From positions 64,001 to 128,000 of the forward strand of contig CAWENF010000002.1 in NCBI GenBank assembly GCA_963810275.1: a stretch of DNA of 64,000 bases. Reading direction: 5' to 3'. Numbering within the stretch: the first letter of the stretch is position 1; every line of letters starts with the position of its first letter. The notes beneath the pieces were generated by a model. That model had not been told where the DNA came from. It saw only the letters and a program-made list of their open reading frames with translations, and searched no databases. The stretch comes from an uncultured archaeon (GTDB lineage Archaea > Thermoproteota > Bathyarchaeia > Bathyarchaeales > Bathycorpusculaceae). Below, one piece after another: positions 60,973 through 64,000 of the stretch. The translations under genes were made by a program, and so were the position numbers.

Positions 60973-61155
60973 ATGACCGATGAGAAGCATTATCATGAAG
61001 CCTCTCCTGTTCCTGAGGAACCGCTTGAGAACACTCCGCCCAGTCATTTGCGTTGTCAAATCTGTGGAAAAGTGTTTAATAGCCATGCGGAAGTCGACAG
61101 GCATAAACAGACTCAGCATGGAGTAGTGGAAGGGCGAGAAGTAGAGGGGCCATAG
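60973..61155 (+). CDS. C2H2 zinc-finger micro-protein
   Basis: CQICGKVFNSHAEVDRHKQTQH (Cx2Cx12Hx4H); GAGG SD. Confidence 0.8.
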   Translation: MTDEKHYHEASPVPEEPLENTPPSHLRCQICGKVFNSHAEVDRHKQTQHGVVEGREVEGP

Positions 61156-61177
61156 ACCTCAATATGAGGATACAAAA

Positions 61178-61390
61178 ATGGTAAACACTCTAAATACAAG
61201 AAGTGTTCCGCCTTTTCCGCCGGCGCCTAATGAGCCGTACCATCCTGAGAAGTTGCCGCCAAATATACCCATTCCCGGAAAGCCTGAAGCTGTGCCTGGG
61301 AAGCGAGATTACAAGTGCAAAATATGCGGGAAAGTCTTTAGTAGCAAAGAAGAGTTGGATGAGCATATGCATGAAGCGCACTCTGGGTGA
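61178..61390 (+). CDS. C2H2 zinc-finger micro-protein with Pro-rich N-terminus
   Basis: YKCKICGKVFSSKEELDEHMHEAH; GAGGA SD. Confidence 0.8.
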   Translation: MVNTLNTRSVPPFPPAPNEPYHPEKLPPNIPIPGKPEAVPGKRDYKCKICGKVFSSKEELDEHMHEAHSG

Positions 61391-61730
61391 TGTCATCTAG
61401 TTTTGTGTAAGGTTTTGCTGGTTTAGTTGCATAGTGTTATAAGTTAACGTCTAACTATTTTTTTTGGGTTGGATTTATGGCAAAGACCAAAAAAGATTGT
61501 AATAACTGGTCGCACTTTGATGAAGGCTAGAGTTTTGTTAGGATTGGTTTTGAAGATCTAAAACAGATCTTAATTGCTGAGGATCTAAGAGTACAATAAT
61601 TCACAATTATGCATTATTTATCTTGTATCGCTAAAATTATCAGATGTCGTCTATCATATAATTGCTTTCTTAATTCATAGGACTTATAAAACTAAATATA
61701 GTTACTTGGTTAACGGTTGGCCTCATCTTA

Positions 61731-64000
61731 ATGGATTCAGAAGACAAACTAAGACGGACGGAAATACTTTACAATTTAATAGCTAACAACGCCAGTGATG
61801 TTATTTGGACCATGGATTTGGATGGCCATTTCACCTACGTTAGCCCTTCAGTGTTCCAACTTAGAGGCTACACCCCTGAAGAGGCCATGCAACAATCTAT
61901 CACTGAATCGTTAACTCCAAAGTCTGCTCAATTAATTGCAGGAGCTCTACAAAAATTTCATATCGATGGTTCTTTGCCTTCATCGTCCTTATTTGAGCTG
62001 GAGCAAACTAGAAAGGACGGCTCTACTGTTTGGATAGAAGTAAAAATTTCAATTATTAAAAACAGAAATGGGGAACCTAACGGTATTTTAGGAGTAAGCA
62101 GAGATATATCTGAACGTAAACAGGCAGACGAAAAAAAGGAGAAAGCCCAGCAAGAATTAGAGACGCTTGCAAATGAACGCAAGTCACTACTGGAGCGCAC
62201 TATTTCTTTACTCAAGAGCCAACCTTTCGAGAAGACTGCAAGAACTCTTTTTAAAGGGTGTAAAAAATTAACTGGTGCAACAGCGGGCTATGTGGCTTTG
62301 TTGTCTGAAAATGCTCTGAAAATAAGGTTTTGTTTTTGGACTCGGGCAAACTCAGATGTTCTGTTGATGGTAACTTGCCTATGCTTATTCGCCAATTAAG
62401 GGAAACGGCATATAGGCGGGGTAAGGCTGTTTATGAGAATAATTTTATGAAGAGTAAATGGCCAGAGTTTATGCCAACGGGGCATGTTGGGCTTAGAAAT
62501 GTGATGTTTTCGCCCATAGTCATTAGAGAAAGAGTTGTAGGGTTGATTGGCTTAGCAAATAAGCCTACGGATTTCACTGAAAGAGATGCATTAATGGCGA
62601 CTTCTTTTGGAAATTATGCATCTATAGCATTAAAGAATAGTTTAAACTTGCAGGCCATAAAAGAAAATAAAAAACAAATTCAAGAAACTGGGACTCGCTA
62701 TCGCACTCTTTTCAATAAAGCACCATTGGGCATATTGTTGGTGGACCCTCAGACCCATGAGATTAAGGAATTTAACAACATAGCTAACGAGCAGCTGGGG
62801 TATACTCCTGAGGAATTTGCTAAACTGAAAATAAGAGATATTGAAGCAAAAGAAAAACCAGAGGAAGTTACTGCCCACACAAAAAAAATGCTACGTGAAT
62901 ATGGAGGAGAATTTGAGACCAAACACCGAAATAAAAACGGTCAGATTAGAAATGTTTTGGTAACCACAACTCCAGTCAAAATATCAGGAAAAACCTTCCT
63001 GCACTGTATATTTCATGATATAACAGAGATAAGAACCATCCAAGAGGCCTTAATTAAAAGTGAAAAGCAAGCAAAGGGTATTGTTGAGAATGCGCTCATT
63101 GGCATAGCAACCTCAGATAGAAACAAGCGTTTCCTAACTGCCAATCAGGCATTCTGTAAAGCACTAGGTTACACTCAAAAAGAGTTAAGAAAGTTAACCT
63201 TCAAAGAAATTACCCATCCTGAAGATGTTAAAGAAAGTTTAGACGAAATACAGGCGTTGGAGGAAGGGATAAAAGATTTCTTTGTACAAGAGAAACGTTA
63301 CATCAAAAAAGATGGAACCATAATTTACGGAAGGGCCATGATCAATTCGATCCGTGATGAAAAGGGTAGACCTGTCCTTTTTATTGCTGAACTTGAAGAT
63401 ATAACTGAGCGTAAGAAAAAGGATTTTGAATTATTAACTGAGCGAAACAAGCTGGAAGCTATAACTCAAAGCATAGGTGCAGGTTTTGTTCTCATCAGCA
63501 GAGACTATCGTATCCTTTGGGCTAACAAGTTCATTAAAGATAACTGGAGAACCATGGAAGGAGAATTCTGTTATAAGGCTCTAAGTCATTTAGACTCTAA
63601 ATATTCTGATTGTAGTGTTATCAAAATTTTCCAAGGTGCATTTATTCATCAGCATAATTTAAGACGGTTAATGCAAAAGGTGAAACTCTTTGGCTTCAGC
63701 TGATAACTACTCCACTCAAAGATGAGAAGGGAAACGTAGTGGCCGCAGTTGAGGCATCTATTGACATTACTGAGAAGAAGAAACTTGAAAATGAGCTTGT
63801 CAATTATTCGATGAAGCTTGAAGATTTAGTCAATGAAAGAACAGATCGACTTCATGAAACTCAGCAGCAGTTAGTTAAGGCGGAACGATTAGCTGCAATT
63901 GGTGAGTTAGCTGCTATGGTTGCTCATGATCTACGTAATCCTCTTGCAGGCATTAGGAATGCAGCTTATTTTTTAAAGAAGAAGGGTGATCAGATATCAT
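61731..64000 (+). CDS. Cytoplasmic PAS-GAF-PAS-PAS-PAS histidine kinase (frameshifted, runs off the window)
   Basis: ORFs 61731-62399 and 62330-63703 plus a terminal frame with ERLAAIGELAAMVAHDLRNPL H-box near 63885-63945. Confidence 0.85.

Noticed and set aside
24087-63720. About ten single-base frameshifts (both propeller genes, terL, PP2C, NAD(P)/FAD oxidoreductase, paralog B, last kinase) as programmed frameshifting or phase variation
   Set aside because: The sites inspected share no slippery motif or long homopolymer, include both insertions and deletions, and the flanking frames have no extra stops. Sequencing or assembly indels are the simplest explanation; read data needed.
1-64000. 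CRISPR array, rRNA, intact IS element, tRNA introns, Sec/Pyl read-through
   Set aside because: No regularly spaced repeats, rRNA-like segments, transposase motifs or BHB introns were seen; split genes change frame rather than reading through TGA/TAG.

Overview
Archaeal chromosomal window. Archaeal markers include TFB, aIF1, aIF6, L18a/L31e/L39e/S19e, prefoldin, Rpp21 and TrmB. The large PQQ-like beta-propeller surface proteins, SBP-coupled PAS kinases and style of integrase tail suggest Bathyarchaeia (inference, not a database result). In order: aIF1/TFB; tRNA-Gln(UUG) and tRNA-Cys(GCA), each followed by a one-gene islet closed by a degenerate copy of the tRNA 3' end; an unannotated tyrosine-integrase pseudogene and stress cargo (nitroreductase, 5'-truncated OtsAB, SBP-histidine kinase, catalase); an MrfB/MrfA-like repair pair; a propeller protein with TrmB; an orphan terminase operon; and a surface-polysaccharide locus (WecB, short UDP-sugar dehydrogenase, hyaluronan-synthase-like GT2, Wzx, rmlACBD). 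Then come rnp4-yhbY; a complete RsbU/RsbW/RsbV-type partner-switching module followed closely by a GltD-like oxidoreductase in an organism without sigma factors; a GlpA-type triad; the rps19e-ftsY cluster, apparently inverted away from rnp4-yhbY and ending in a ~91% G+T tract; a second propeller gene; three intergenic hairpins, two sharing a loop motif (candidate sRNA family); two C2H2 micro-proteins; and a PAS/GAF kinase. Many long genes carry single-base indels, most likely assembly errors. No CRISPR array or rRNA was seen.
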